DNA of 64,000 bases from positions 248,001-312,000 of IMG/VR virus record IMGVR_UViG_3300027708_000012; one strand, 5' to 3'. The position numbers and the translations under genes are program-made. Position 1 is the stretch's first letter. Every line of letters begins with the position of its first letter. The notes beneath the pieces were generated by a model that was given only the letters and a program-made list of their open reading frames with translations, made no database searches and had not been told where the DNA came from. This document shows positions 45,617 through 55,939 of the stretch, piece after piece.

Positions 45617-46303
45617 TTATTTTTTGAATTCTATTATTGCGGATTTTACCAAGCTATCAATACTGTTTATTAATGGGATTTCTTGATATTGTTTTTCTCT
45701 GACAACTAATGGTATTTCTGTACAGCCTAAAACCACAGCTTGCGCACCTTTTTCAATTAACGATTTAACCACAGTCATCAGCATGCCATGTGCTAATATA
45801 GGCTTGTTTGCTTTGATCAAATCTATTCCAGGCTGAACATAGTCTTCCATTTCTTTGCTAGTTGGTGTTATGCAAGTCCATCCTAATTTGGACAAATGAT
45901 TGTTATATAAGCCTAGTTGCATTGTAGCCCTAGTTCCCATTACACCAATAGTACCAGTTATGTTTTGAGCTCGTAATTCATCTGCTACACTATCTACAAT
46001 ATGCGTAATTGGCACACCTAGTGCTGTTAATCTGTCATACCAAAAATGTGCTGTATTGCAAGGAATTACAATGTGATCGCAATCTGCATTTTTTAAACCT
46101 TGTATCCCACGTTTAAGTTTTTCCCAAGGCAAATCGTCTTTGTTGAGTAAACTTGTACTACGATCTGGAACTGTAGGATCACTCCATAGTATTACTGGAA
46201 TATGTTCTTGATCGCAGGTTGCTGGAGTTTGTTCAGTTAGGCGTACTAGGAATTCTGCACTGGCCGCTGGCCCCATTCCACCAAGTACACCTAGGCGTTT
46301 CAT
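45617..46303 (-). CDS. aspartate/glutamate racemase family protein
   Basis: GGMGP, IPCNTAH, LGCTE (two catalytic Cys). Confidence 0.9.
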   Translation of the reverse strand: MKRLGVLGGMGPAASAEFLVRLTEQTPATCDQEHIPVILWSDPTVPDRSTSLLNKDDLPWEKLKRGIQGLKNADCDHIVIPCNTAHFWYDRLTALGVPITHIVDSVADELRAQNITGTIGVMGTRATMQLGLYNNHLSKLGWTCITPTSKEMEDYVQPGIDLIKANKPILAHGMLMTVVKSLIEKGAQAVVLGCTEIPLVVREKQYQEIPLINSIDSLVKSAIIEFKK

Positions 46304-46905
46304 TTTTTATTGTATAGTAAACTGGATGCCACTATCATAACAGTCTGTGCCATCTCAATATCTGAAGGTTTTTCCTTCCATCCGACACTAATTTGCCCGA
46401 TAAACAAACCTGGTTCTGCTGGAACACTTATGCGACACATGTAGTTTACACCAGATGCTTTATAAGTAAATCCAATATAGCTTTGAGGTCTGTTATAGTC
46501 TGCACAGGGAATTTTGCCTGACATTAGACCAATAACATCTTCATTGTTATTTAGATTTTTCGTTAACAGGCCAACATCTGCACCGTCGTGAGTTTTATCA
46601 TGGCCGCCACTACGACTGGTTAAGTAAGTTAATTTTCTAGTGTTAAGCACAGTATTAACTTCAAACAATGCTACTAGTTCTGCATCTGTATTTTTCAGTA
46701 TAAAGTTTGCGGCTTCTTCATACTTGCCATTCATTTTGGGTAGTGCTTGTTGAGCACGATAACTGGCCATAAAGTTATCTTTTTCGCTGTATACGATCCA
46801 GCCTCCAAAAGTAAGGAGGCATAGAAACACAACCGTAAATAGGCGAAAAGGACTTTCGCCTATGAACTTCAATAGTTCAAGCAGGAACTCTTTCAGCTTG
46901 TCCAT
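46300..46905 (-). CDS. hypothetical membrane-anchored protein
   Basis: N-terminal TM segment; overlaps both neighbours. Confidence 0.7.
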   Translation of the reverse strand: MDKLKEFLLELLKFIGESPFRLFTVVFLCLLTFGGWIVYSEKDNFMASYRAQQALPKMNGKYEEAANFILKNTDAELVALFEVNTVLNTRKLTYLTSRSGGHDKTHDGADVGLLTKNLNNNEDVIGLMSGKIPCADYNRPQSYIGFTYKASGVNYMCRISVPAEPGLFIGQISVGWKEKPSDIEMAQTVMIVASSLLYNKK

Positions 46906-48157
46906 GGTCCACGTCTGCTACAAATGCTGTTACACCCATATTACCAATAACATGGCTGGCTGTGCGAATCATATCCATTAGAGGATCAACAGCAATAAAC
47001 AAGACCAATACTGCTTCGCTTGGTAGTTTTAACAAGTCACAAACAACTGCCACTGTAGCCACTGTTAGAATACCTGTAGTACCTGCACTTGCTAGTCCTG
47101 CTAAAATGCTACCAAGCAATATAACAATCAATCCACTGGCACCTAATGATAAATCATAAATGCCAGCAATAAACGCTGTGGCAATGGCATAGTAAACAAT
47201 ACTTCCAATACGGTTAACAGTAAAGCTCAAGGGAGTAGTTAGTTCTACGGCATCTTTATTATAGCCTAGTTTAACTAAAGCTTCTTGGCTGTAAGGAATA
47301 CAAGCTAGGCTTGAACGACTACTAACAGCAATCATAAATGTTTCTTGTATGCCATGCATTGTGTCTATAATACTCTTGCGAGATTTCCAGGCAATATATG
47401 CTGTAGCAATAGCAACAATAATAAATCCGCCCACAGTCTGCTGAATAATAAAATCAACCATAGTACCAAAAATGCCTACGCCTACCTTGGCTACTTGTGT
47501 TGATATCATGGCAAATAGTGCAATTGGTAAGAAGTAGTTTAAGAACTTGAAAATACTAATACTGGCCTGTTGGACACTTTTGAAGATATCAATCATAACT
47601 TCTTGTCCCACAGACTTTATGTTGCCCAGGGCAATACCGAAGATTAAACAGAAAATAACAATCTTAAGACTTTCACCAGATTCTAAACTTTGAAAGATAT
47701 TTTCTGGAATAAACTTCTGTATCATTGCACCAGCACTTGGCTTAGGTACAACTAGCATTGGCTCTTTTAGTGTAATTGACATTTCGGTCCCTTGGTCTTT
47801 GTTGTTGACCAATGCACCAAGTTGTACTTTCTTTTCGGGAGTCATTTCGCTGCCAGTTAATACTGTCGAACCAACGCCAACGACAGAAGCCATGAACATA
47901 CTAACAACAAAGCCAATGACAATCTTTTTAATCATCGACTGGCTACCTTCTTTCTGTAGCAGTCCAACTACACCAACTAGAATAGTGGCAAATAAGAAAG
48001 GTAATACAACAACCTTTAATAAACTGATGTAGATACTACCAATAGATTCTAATGCCATAACTTCGTGAGGCAAATATACCCCGCCAGCTACAGCCAACAG
48101 AATACTGCCTAAAATAGTCCAAGGACTAGCTAAAAATTTCTTTATATCGATTTTCAT
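46877..48157 (-). CDS. dicarboxylate/amino acid:cation symporter (DAACS/GltP family)
   Basis: Multi-TM; SSRSSLA, DPLMDMIRTASHV motifs. Confidence 0.85.
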   Translation of the reverse strand: MKIDIKKFLASPWTILGSILLAVAGGVYLPHEVMALESIGSIYISLLKVVVLPFLFATILVGVVGLLQKEGSQSMIKKIVIGFVVSMFMASVVGVGSTVLTGSEMTPEKKVQLGALVNNKDQGTEMSITLKEPMLVVPKPSAGAMIQKFIPENIFQSLESGESLKIVIFCLIFGIALGNIKSVGQEVMIDIFKSVQQASISIFKFLNYFLPIALFAMISTQVAKVGVGIFGTMVDFIIQQTVGGFIIVAIATAYIAWKSRKSIIDTMHGIQETFMIAVSSRSSLACIPYSQEALVKLGYNKDAVELTTPLSFTVNRIGSIVYYAIATAFIAGIYDLSLGASGLIVILLGSILAGLASAGTTGILTVATVAVVCDLLKLPSEAVLVLFIAVDPLMDMIRTASHVIGNMGVTAFVADVDHGQAERVPA

Positions 48158-48975
48158 TTGTTTTCCTTGTATCTATTCATTAATTTTTTAACATCGATGT
48201 CACGGTATTCACTGGAAATGACAAAGTTAGCAATGCCTAATAATTGTAAGCAATTGGGTCTAACAGCCACGCCAATTTGATCTACGCTGTCACTAATTGT
48301 GATTGTTTTTGTAGTCAAGGCCGCTTCAGGTTTTTCAAAACTAATTTTCTTAATTTCAAACTCGTCACGATAAGCGGCATTAATTTTACCACTTGTAACA
48401 TTTGCTATGACCACGCCCCAGTCATCTTCTGGTAAGAATGTAGCTTTGGGAAAGTTGATACGAGCATAAGTGTCGTAGCTGGAGTTACGTATAAAACTAA
48501 TCTTACCATTGAAGTCTCGAATAACTTCATAAGGTTCACGTCCTTTAGTATTCTGACTTAACCAAAGACGATTGATAATTATGCTTTGTTTTAGTGTTAC
48601 ATAAGGAGCACTGAATCTCAATGCTTGTAGTCGAGGTCCGGTAATACTTAATTTGCTAATAGCAATGTCAGCACGACCATCGCGAACTTGTTCTGCCACT
48701 TCAGCAAAGCTGGCAGCATCTCTACGGAATTCTACTGGCACGCCTAGTTGTTTGCCAATGCTACGAGCAATGTCAACATCTAGTCCGTGTAGGTTATCGT
48801 CCTTACCACTAAAGAATGGAGGACTGTCTTTGCCGTTCATGGCCACCACTAATTTGCCTGCTTTTTTAATAGCGGCAATGTCAGTGGGCAAAGGAACTTT
48901 AGAGTCGGGCATTTGTGCATAGCTAGGAAGTATAGCTAACACGCTGAATGTTAAGGATATTAGTAAGTTTTTCAT
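48154..48975 (-). CDS. amino-acid substrate-binding protein (SBP family 3)
   Basis: Signal peptide, GLDVDIAR, ADIAIS, ITGPR..FSAPY. Confidence 0.85.
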   Translation of the reverse strand: MKNLLISLTFSVLAILPSYAQMPDSKVPLPTDIAAIKKAGKLVVAMNGKDSPPFFSGKDDNLHGLDVDIARSIGKQLGVPVEFRRDAASFAEVAEQVRDGRADIAISKLSITGPRLQALRFSAPYVTLKQSIIINRLWLSQNTKGREPYEVIRDFNGKISFIRNSSYDTYARINFPKATFLPEDDWGVVIANVTSGKINAAYRDEFEIKKISFEKPEAALTTKTITISDSVDQIGVAVRPNCLQLLGIANFVISSEYRDIDVKKLMNRYKENK

Positions 48976-48980
48976 AGCAG

Positions 48981-48988
48981 TATTTATA
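48981..48988 (-). promoter_or_regulatory. T4-type late promoter
   Basis: Exact TATAAATA upstream of the SBP start. Confidence 0.65.
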
Positions 48989-49070
48989 CTATGAAAATAA
49001 ATTAAACTATCGTATTATTACAGTGATATTACTATAGTTTAAGGGTGTTGGAAAATTGACACCTTAGAAA

Positions 49071-50942
49071 TTAACGTGCTTTTTCAATTTTAGGAGATTT
49101 TGCCACAGCAAGGTATGCAGGAGTTGCACTTTGCTGATCATCGTTAAAGTGGAATCCGCCAGAAACTCTAACAGATGCTTCGCCTTTGCCCATCATTTTG
49201 TCAGCCAAGTCGTCACCGTTTTGAATAATGCTGTAATCTAGCGTTTCTGTATTCAAGAACATGATAGCTTCTACACCGTCTGCACGGTTATAACTAGCAT
49301 AGGCCAATTTGGTGTATGCTTCCATCATGGCAGGTACTATAATTGTGCCGTCTTCCATAATTGCATTGCCTATCAGTTCTTCTGCGTCTACGCCAGGAAA
49401 AGCAATTTTTCCATCTGGTGTTAATTTTGGAGACTGTTTACCCTTGCCGGCATTTATCATAACTGGTTCAGCAACGTCGTCCAAATTGGTTATAAGTTTT
49501 GATATGGTACTATAAAACAAATCATATGTTTTGTTATAATCGCTATAGATCAAAACTTCATCATTTAAACGTCCTAACATTTTATAAGACCAATTGTAAT
49601 TACAAGCCTCTTTAAATCTGCCATTGGTCTTGTTGTACGTATTAGGTGAGTAATTTTCTTTGGTCATTACTTCTTGTTCGCCGTCTTTTCTTGTTCTAAT
49701 ACCTAATTCTGTTCCAGAAGGGAGTTTTTTGGCTGGTGCAGTTCTGATAATCTTTGTGATTTTTTCAGTCCAGGTGGGCCATGCAGCTGGTCCTTTGAGA
49801 ATCTTCTTGCTGTTCAGTCTACCGCCGGACGTTGCACCTGCTTTGATTTCCAAGTTGGTGCCAGCTACAATCAAATCGCCACCGTGCTGTGCTTTTTGTG
49901 CAGGACTACCCATCATACTCAATGCCATTTCGCCCGGCCCGATAGCACCACTAGATTTACCAGGGCTCCATGAGAACACTCCGTAGCTGGAGAACAAGTC
50001 CAGCATGTCTTCAAAGTTGGTATTAACATGCTGTTTTACATTTCCCACATCTTGCGATATCAACGACTCCATGTCAATAACTTGGCCGTTATAACAGGCA
50101 TCTAAAAATTCCACAATACGTGCTCTGTTAAGTTCTTTATTTTGACTCAACATACGCATAATCATGCCAAAGAAGGCTTGTTTGAATACTGCGGCAAAGT
50201 TCTTTGCGTTATCATGTACTTTCTTTTCTGCTTTGGTCAGCGACTTGTATGTGCCCTCATCGATAGCAGTATAGCCTTGTACTTTATTTGCTAGGGCTTC
50301 GAGTTTGTCAAATATACTATTAGTAATCTCTTCAGCTTTTTGTTGCCATACACCTTCTAGTTTGTTAAATTCATTACTAACTTTTTTCTTTTTAGCCACT
50401 GCCACTGCCAGTTGAGCCACATCTAAGGTTTGATCTAATTTAATCAATCCTTGCACTTCTAACTCTCTAATTGCCGCTAAAATAACAGCTTCTCTACTAG
50501 GCGATACAATTTTAGTCGCAGCTTCAGTTAATTCAATGTCAGGCTCTAAATTGTTAATAAGTTTGATAACTAATTCTTTAGTAGGTTCCCAGTCAGGCAA
50601 AGCATTGGCATCTGCTATTAATCTTTTTAATTTGCTAGTAACAACATTTGCAATAATTGGAACATTTTTAATTGTTGCCGGTTGCTGTTGTCTAGGTGCA
50701 GGCTGTGCTATTGGCTGCTGTTGTGCTGGTTGAATAGGTGCCGGAACTGGCTGTTGTGCAGGTTCAGCTGGTTGTTGTTCTGGAGCAGGTTCAGCTGGTT
50801 GTTGTTCTGGAGCAGGTTCGACAGGCGGCTGTTCTGGAGCAGGTTCGACAGGCGGCTGTTGCCCGGGAAAAGCGGAAAGACGTTTTTCGTCCTCTTCTGG
50901 AGTTGTAGGGGCAAATTCTTTTAAAATATCTAGTACACGCAT
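49071..50942 (-). CDS. hypothetical protein with PAPEQ repeats and a possible PD-(D/E)xK-like domain
   Basis: N-terminal EPAPEQ tandem repeats; GPGE...GDL...LEIK. Confidence 0.65.
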   Translation of the reverse strand: MRVLDILKEFAPTTPEEDEKRLSAFPGQQPPVEPAPEQPPVEPAPEQQPAEPAPEQQPAEPAQQPVPAPIQPAQQQPIAQPAPRQQQPATIKNVPIIANVVTSKLKRLIADANALPDWEPTKELVIKLINNLEPDIELTEAATKIVSPSREAVILAAIRELEVQGLIKLDQTLDVAQLAVAVAKKKKVSNEFNKLEGVWQQKAEEITNSIFDKLEALANKVQGYTAIDEGTYKSLTKAEKKVHDNAKNFAAVFKQAFFGMIMRMLSQNKELNRARIVEFLDACYNGQVIDMESLISQDVGNVKQHVNTNFEDMLDLFSSYGVFSWSPGKSSGAIGPGEMALSMMGSPAQKAQHGGDLIVAGTNLEIKAGATSGGRLNSKKILKGPAAWPTWTEKITKIIRTAPAKKLPSGTELGIRTRKDGEQEVMTKENYSPNTYNKTNGRFKEACNYNWSYKMLGRLNDEVLIYSDYNKTYDLFYSTISKLITNLDDVAEPVMINAGKGKQSPKLTPDGKIAFPGVDAEELIGNAIMEDGTIIVPAMMEAYTKLAYASYNRADGVEAIMFLNTETLDYSIIQNGDDLADKMMGKGEASVRVSGGFHFNDDQQSATPAYLAVAKSPKIEKAR

Positions 50943-50953
50943 AGTACTAATAT

Positions 50954-51649
50954 TTATGCTATTTCAGGGAACAAGCAATCCTGTATGAAAACCTGTACAT
51001 CCTCTTCACTAAGCCCTAAGCTAACCATAACTTTAGGAGTATGTGGGTTTTTCTTCTGATTCTCACAATAGTAATTCTGAGCGTCAGTAGTATTAGGATG
51101 TGTACGTTCGGTTTCTTTTACTGTGGCCAAATAGTGTGTTAGATTCTTACGGGCCATGGCAAGTATTTGCTCTAGTTCTGCTTCATCGCTGACATTTCCC
51201 GCGGCCACCATAGAACCTGTAAAAATACGCTCTGCCCAATCTGGTAACTTGCGAGTTTTATTCCACTCTAGACGACGAGCTTCTTCAGCAAACCAATCAA
51301 TCATCGGATGTTCGCTGTCGCCTGCAGGACTAAAATCATGGAAACAGCCTGTGATTTTATTTTTACCAGCTACAACATCAAATCCAAAGATAGGTGCAGG
51401 GTTATCTGTATGCGGGAAAATACAGCAATGCATCATCCATAGACCTTTAGTCTCGCGGGCATCAACTACATCAATATGAGCCCTACGATAAGCACTACTT
51501 GTCCAAACTTTGTTTACCCAACCTGGTTGATTAAAACGTTCCATACCAGGCTCTTGAATAATACTACCAGTTGCATACAACTGACTTTCAAAGTATTCTT
51601 CAATTTTAATTAGTGTGTCCCAGACATTACTCATCTTTATACTCGACAA
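50954..51649 (-). CDS. ferredoxin-dependent bilin reductase (PcyA/PcyX-like)
   Basis: RRAHIDVVD, HCCIFP..APIFGFD, FHDFSP; adjacent to heme oxygenase. Confidence 0.85.
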   Translation of the reverse strand: MSSIKMSNVWDTLIKIEEYFESQLYATGSIIQEPGMERFNQPGWVNKVWTSSAYRRAHIDVVDARETKGLWMMHCCIFPHTDNPAPIFGFDVVAGKNKITGCFHDFSPAGDSEHPMIDWFAEEARRLEWNKTRKLPDWAERIFTGSMVAAGNVSDEAELEQILAMARKNLTHYLATVKETERTHPNTTDAQNYYCENQKKNPHTPKVMVSLGLSEEDVQVFIQDCLFPEIA

Positions 51650-52175
51650 TTTCCATCATTTGTTGGAAGAACCTTGTGGCGAAATCAAAACATACTTTAG
51701 CTTCGTCTGCCATGTCGTCGCTTATACGTTCTCTAATAGCTGCCTTAAGTGCTTCAGGATCTTCAAATTGGTACATGGTGCCCGACCCAGGAACACGTTT
51801 GGCAATCATCTGTCCACCAGCTAGATCACCCATGTGTCGCACATATAAGTGCGCCATTAGTTTTTTTGGATTATCTCTGATACTCATGATATAATCCATA
51901 TATTCTTGGACTATAGGAAGTAGTTCTGCATCGTCCTCATCTGTCCATAGTTCTTTATAGTCCGCATTAATTTTTGGTGCTCTGCGAATATCAGGCATGC
52001 CGGCCAGCATACCGGTTGCCATAGCACACACTTCTAGTATCTCATATTGCGGATGTTGATTTTTTAAATAAGTTGCATACAGTTTAGGATTTATTGTGCC
52101 TGAAAACAAAATTTTTACAAATTCCTGTCTTTCAGCATTGGTATGCGCTTCTTTAGTTAAATCTCGTAAGCTCAT
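51627..52175 (-). CDS. heme oxygenase
   Basis: LTKEAH proximal His, AHLYVRHMGDLAGGQ. Confidence 0.9.
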   Translation of the reverse strand: MSLRDLTKEAHTNAERQEFVKILFSGTINPKLYATYLKNQHPQYEILEVCAMATGMLAGMPDIRRAPKINADYKELWTDEDDAELLPIVQEYMDYIMSIRDNPKKLMAHLYVRHMGDLAGGQMIAKRVPGSGTMYQFEDPEALKAAIRERISDDMADEAKVCFDFATRFFQQMMEIVEYKDE

Positions 52176-52474
52176 TCTTCCTCCAATTTAATTTGGAGAG
52201 GAAAATTATTTTCTCTAGCTGTAGATGTTGTTTCTACGGCCTTAGCCTCGGCAATTTCAAAACTATAAATTCCCGCTACTCCACTTCCAGTCTCGTGAAT
52301 TTGAAGCATAATGTCTCTGGCCGAATCAGTTGAATGCCTAAAGATATTGGATAAAATTGATATCACAAACTCCATCGGGGTTACATCGTCATTAAGTATA
52401 ATGACCTTCCAACGTTTTGGTTCACTGATTACTACTTTAATTTTCTCGTCAATTGCGATATCTGTACTTGACAT
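52172..52474 (-). CDS. clpS: ClpS adaptor
   Basis: KVIILNDDVTPMEFV, MLQIHETGSGVAG. Confidence 0.95.
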   Translation of the reverse strand: MSSTDIAIDEKIKVVISEPKRWKVIILNDDVTPMEFVISILSNIFRHSTDSARDIMLQIHETGSGVAGIYSFEIAEAKAVETTSTARENNFPLQIKLEEE

Positions 52475-52516
52475 TGTGTTCTCTTTAAAAAAGGGGGAGT
52501 TGCCTCCCCCGGTTGA

Positions 52517-52948
52517 TTATTTAACTGTAATGATACGTGGCTTCAGTGATTCTGGTACAATACGTTCAATCCTAATGATTAACATACCGTCCTTTACTTC
52601 AGCGTCTTTGATTTCCATGTACTCAGCAAGAGTCCATGTCTGTTCAAAGTTACGGCTAGCAAGACCTCGATGTAAATACTCTTTGTCTTCTGCTGAAATA
52701 TCAGTTTGCATACCGCGAACAACTAATTGATCTTGGTCTACTTCAACTGTAATTTGATCTTTGCTGAAACCTGCTACAGCTACTTCAATTGCATAATCTG
52801 TGTCACTATATTTTACAATATTATGTGGCGGATAATTATTTGATTGTTGCTGTAATCTTTGATTAAAGATTTGATCAAATCCAACTAAAGCTCTACTTAG
52901 TTGTGCAAAGTCCGCTGGACTCACTGTTTTTAATTGCATTGTTGCCAT
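52517..52948 (-). CDS. small heat-shock protein Hsp20 (IbpA-like)
   Basis: YPPHNI, EVAVAGF, YLHRGLASRNF, DGML. Confidence 0.95.
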   Translation of the reverse strand: MATMQLKTVSPADFAQLSRALVGFDQIFNQRLQQQSNNYPPHNIVKYSDTDYAIEVAVAGFSKDQITVEVDQDQLVVRGMQTDISAEDKEYLHRGLASRNFEQTWTLAEYMEIKDAEVKDGMLIIRIERIVPESLKPRIITVK

Positions 52949-52954
52949 TTTTTA

Positions 52955-53002
52955 TCTCCTTATATTAAGCAAGAATGTATGGGGCCCCATAATGGGCACC
53001 CC
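52955..53002 (-). promoter_or_regulatory. ROSE-like RNA thermometer upstream of hsp20
   Basis: UCUUGCUU pairs with SD AAGGAGA with a bulged G; preceded by a GC hairpin. Confidence 0.65.
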
Positions 53003-53016
53003 ATGTTTGTATTATA

Positions 53017-54924
53017 TTACTTTTTGTCAGTAGGGTCAACCTCTGTGAAAGCCGCATTAACTGACTGGCCTTCTTCAGGTTGTACTGGTGCTGATTGCGC
53101 TGCACTTTCTGCAGCTTGCTTCTTGGCCATAACTGGACCTGCTGCCTCAAAAAATGTTTCAACTGATTTTTGAATAACATCTTTGTCGTCCCCTGCGCAA
53201 GCAGTTTCTACTGCTTTAACAGCATCGTCAAACTTAGTCTTTTCTTCTTCAGTCAATTGATCTTTGTATGTATCATAGTCTTTCTTGATACTGTGTGTAG
53301 TACCTTCAGCATTGTTACGTGCTGTGATTAATTCTGCTTGTTTCTTATCTGCTTCGGCATTTTCCTCAGCTTCTTGAACCATGCGTTTGATCTCAGCTTC
53401 TGTCAATCCGCTATCTGACTTGATAGTGATTTTGTTTTCTTTGCCGGTCTTTTTATCCCTGGCACTTACATTTAAAATACCGTTTGCATCGATATCTAAT
53501 GTAACTTCAATCTGTGGCATGCCACGTGGTGCAGGATCAATACCTTCCAAGTTAAACTCGCCAAGCGATTTATTGTACTTGAATAAGTCACGTTCGCCCT
53601 GAGCAACCTTAATAGTTACTGCTGGCTGATTGTCATCTGCTGTACTAAATGTTTGGCTATGTTTGGTCGGGATAGTTGTGTTTTTAGCAATCAGCTTGGT
53701 AAACACACCGCCCATTGTTTCAATACCTAGTGTCAATGGAGTAACGTCCAACAACAATACGTCTGTCTTGTCGCCAGCTAGAACAGCGCCTTGTACTGCG
53801 GCACCAGCGGCAACTGCTTCGTCTGGGTTAACGTCTTTACGTGGAGCCTTACCAAACAGTTTCTCAACTGCTTCTTGTACTTTAGGCATACGTGTTTGAC
53901 CACCAACTAGAATAACTTCGTCGATGTCTGCGGCGCTAACTTTAGCATCTGCCATAGCAACTTTACATGGCTCAATTGAACGCTGGATCAGTCCGTCTAC
54001 CATTGCTTCAAACTTAGCACGGCTGATAGTTACATTCATGTGCTTAGGACCGTTTGCATCTGCTGTAATGTAAGGCAAGTTAACACTTGTACTTGCGGCT
54101 GTAGATAATTCAATCTTGGCTTTTTCAGCAGACTCTTTCAAACGTTGTAATGCAAGAACGTCTTGCTTCAAATCAACTCCGTTGTCTTTCTTGAACTCGT
54201 CTACCAAATAGTCCATGATAGCTTGGTCAAAGTCTTCACCGCCTAGGAATGTATCGCCGTTTGTTGACAATACTTCAATTTGCTTGTCGCCATCAATGTT
54301 AGCGATTTCAATGATTGAAATATCAAATGTACCACCACCCAAGTCATAGACTGCAATCTTGCGATCTTTCTTGTCTGCTTTGTCAACACCATAAGCCAAT
54401 GCGGCCGCTGTCGGCTCGTTGATAATACGTAGAACTTCTAAGCCTGCAATACGTCCGGCATCTTTAGTAGCTTGACGCTGGCTATCGTTGAAGTAAGCTG
54501 GAACTGTAATAACAGCTTGGGTCACTGTTGTACCTAAATAGTCTTCAGCAGTTTTTTTCATTTTGCGAAGTACTTCAGCTGATACTTGCTGTGGTGCAAG
54601 TTTTTCGCCGTTTGCTTCGATCCAAGCATCACCGTTGTCTGCTTTAATAATGCTGTAGGGCATCAAGTCAATATCTTTTTGCACAGCAGCTTCGTCAAAC
54701 TTGCGACCAATAAGGCGCTTGCTGGCGTAAATTGTATTTTTTGGGTTTGTGACTGCTTGTCGTTTTGCTGTTGCACCAACTAGGATTTCGTCCTTTGTAT
54801 ATGCAATGATTGATGGTGTTGTTCTTGCGCCTTCGCTATTTTCAATAACTTTTGCTACTCCATTTTCTAGGATAGCTACGCAACTGTTTGTTGTACCTAA
54901 ATCGATACCGATGATTTTACTCAT
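53017..54924 (-). CDS. dnaK: Hsp70 chaperone DnaK
   Basis: [26 protein letters not shown], full length. Confidence 0.98.
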   Translation of the reverse strand: MSKIIGIDLGTTNSCVAILENGVAKVIENSEGARTTPSIIAYTKDEILVGATAKRQAVTNPKNTIYASKRLIGRKFDEAAVQKDIDLMPYSIIKADNGDAWIEANGEKLAPQQVSAEVLRKMKKTAEDYLGTTVTQAVITVPAYFNDSQRQATKDAGRIAGLEVLRIINEPTAAALAYGVDKADKKDRKIAVYDLGGGTFDISIIEIANIDGDKQIEVLSTNGDTFLGGEDFDQAIMDYLVDEFKKDNGVDLKQDVLALQRLKESAEKAKIELSTAASTSVNLPYITADANGPKHMNVTISRAKFEAMVDGLIQRSIEPCKVAMADAKVSAADIDEVILVGGQTRMPKVQEAVEKLFGKAPRKDVNPDEAVAAGAAVQGAVLAGDKTDVLLLDVTPLTLGIETMGGVFTKLIAKNTTIPTKHSQTFSTADDNQPAVTIKVAQGERDLFKYNKSLGEFNLEGIDPAPRGMPQIEVTLDIDANGILNVSARDKKTGKENKITIKSDSGLTEAEIKRMVQEAEENAEADKKQAELITARNNAEGTTHSIKKDYDTYKDQLTEEEKTKFDDAVKAVETACAGDDKDVIQKSVETFFEAAGPVMAKKQAAESAAQSAPVQPEEGQSVNAAFTEVDPTDKK

Positions 54925-54929
54925 AATTT

Positions 54930-54998
54930 TCTCCTTTAATTAAGCGAGTAATGCGGGCACCATGCCCTTGTACTAAACCCTTACGGCGTTTCAGCACG
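54930..54998 (-). promoter_or_regulatory. ROSE-like RNA thermometer upstream of dnaK
   Basis: CUCGCUU pairs with AAGGAG with a bulged G; two upstream hairpins. Confidence 0.6.
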
Positions 54999-55014
54999 TA
55001 ATTATTTATGTCTG

Positions 55015-55296
55015 TCAAACAGTTTCTTTGAAAATATTTGACCAGATTTTTAGTTTTTCTCGCTTGGCTTCTGCCGCTTGTTCAATGTTGGTCCAGCTAA
55101 CTACATCTAGTTCTTGCAGGATTTCAATCATAGCATACAAGTCGCCCAATTCTTCTTCCAAGTGTTCCCTATTAGTTTTGGGTTTACCTGGCTTAAGATT
55201 GTCTAGGCCAAAGCGACTAATCTTACTTACCGCTTGAATAACTTCTGCACATTCTTCTTGGAGAATGTCCATTACTTCTTTAGTTTGTGAATCCAT
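55015..55296 (-). CDS. MazG-like nucleotide pyrophosphohydrolase
   Basis: EECAE...EEELGD acidic motif. Confidence 0.7.
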   Translation of the reverse strand: MDSQTKEVMDILQEECAEVIQAVSKISRFGLDNLKPGKPKTNREHLEEELGDLYAMIEILQELDVVSWTNIEQAAEAKREKLKIWSNIFKETV

Positions 55297-55298
55297 AA

Positions 55299-55883
55299 TT
55301 ACCTCTGATTTGCAAACGGAGCAATATAAGTACCTCCGCTAGTTGTACTTGTTCTTAGTGTGTTATAGACATTTTGAATGCCTACCGCCTGGTTCCACGC
55401 ATCCTCTAAAGCATGGTGGGCCGTTACCGGTGGACGTTGTGGGTTGATTCCTAAATCAAACGCTGTACGCACATCACGCACTTCCCAAAATTTCCAAGGA
55501 ATAGCTCTATTGATTTTACGGAATACATGTTCACAAATGATAATATCAAAACAACTGCCATTTGACCATACACGTTTAGCACCCCAGCAAAATTTATAAA
55601 GACGAGCAAATGCTTCTTCAATATCAATTCTATCTTCGGGGTCAAAGGCAGCTTCCTGTGCCTCTTTGCTTTGATTAGCCCACCAAGCGATTGTGTCATC
55701 GTTAGTGGTCAATCCAATCCTATCACAACTATCTAAATCTACTTTACAGTAAAAACTATCCATATCTGGTTCTTTTAATTCGGAACCAAACGGATCAAAT
55801 TTTACTGCTCCTATTGTTAAAATTGAAGCATCTGGAGTAGTATTAAGTGTCTCCAAATCTATCATTATATCTGTTTTAGCCAT
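55299..55883 (-). CDS. DEDD 3'-5' exonuclease (Rv2179c-like)
   Basis: IDLET, WSNGSCFD, RDVRT, HHALED. Confidence 0.85.
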   Translation of the reverse strand: MAKTDIMIDLETLNTTPDASILTIGAVKFDPFGSELKEPDMDSFYCKVDLDSCDRIGLTTNDDTIAWWANQSKEAQEAAFDPEDRIDIEEAFARLYKFCWGAKRVWSNGSCFDIIICEHVFRKINRAIPWKFWEVRDVRTAFDLGINPQRPPVTAHHALEDAWNQAVGIQNVYNTLRTSTTSGGTYIAPFANQR

Positions 55884-55910
55884 TAAGTTCTTTCTTTATT
55901 GTGAACTTAT

Positions 55911-55939
55911 ATTATAACAGATTTACTATATAATGTCAA
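55911..55939 (-). promoter_or_regulatory. sigma70 promoter
   Basis: TTGACA-17-TATAAT. Confidence 0.75.

Noticed and set aside
50708-50914. Alternative-frame ORF with LLQNNN repeats
   Set aside because: Artefact of stop-free tandem repeats within the 623-aa gene
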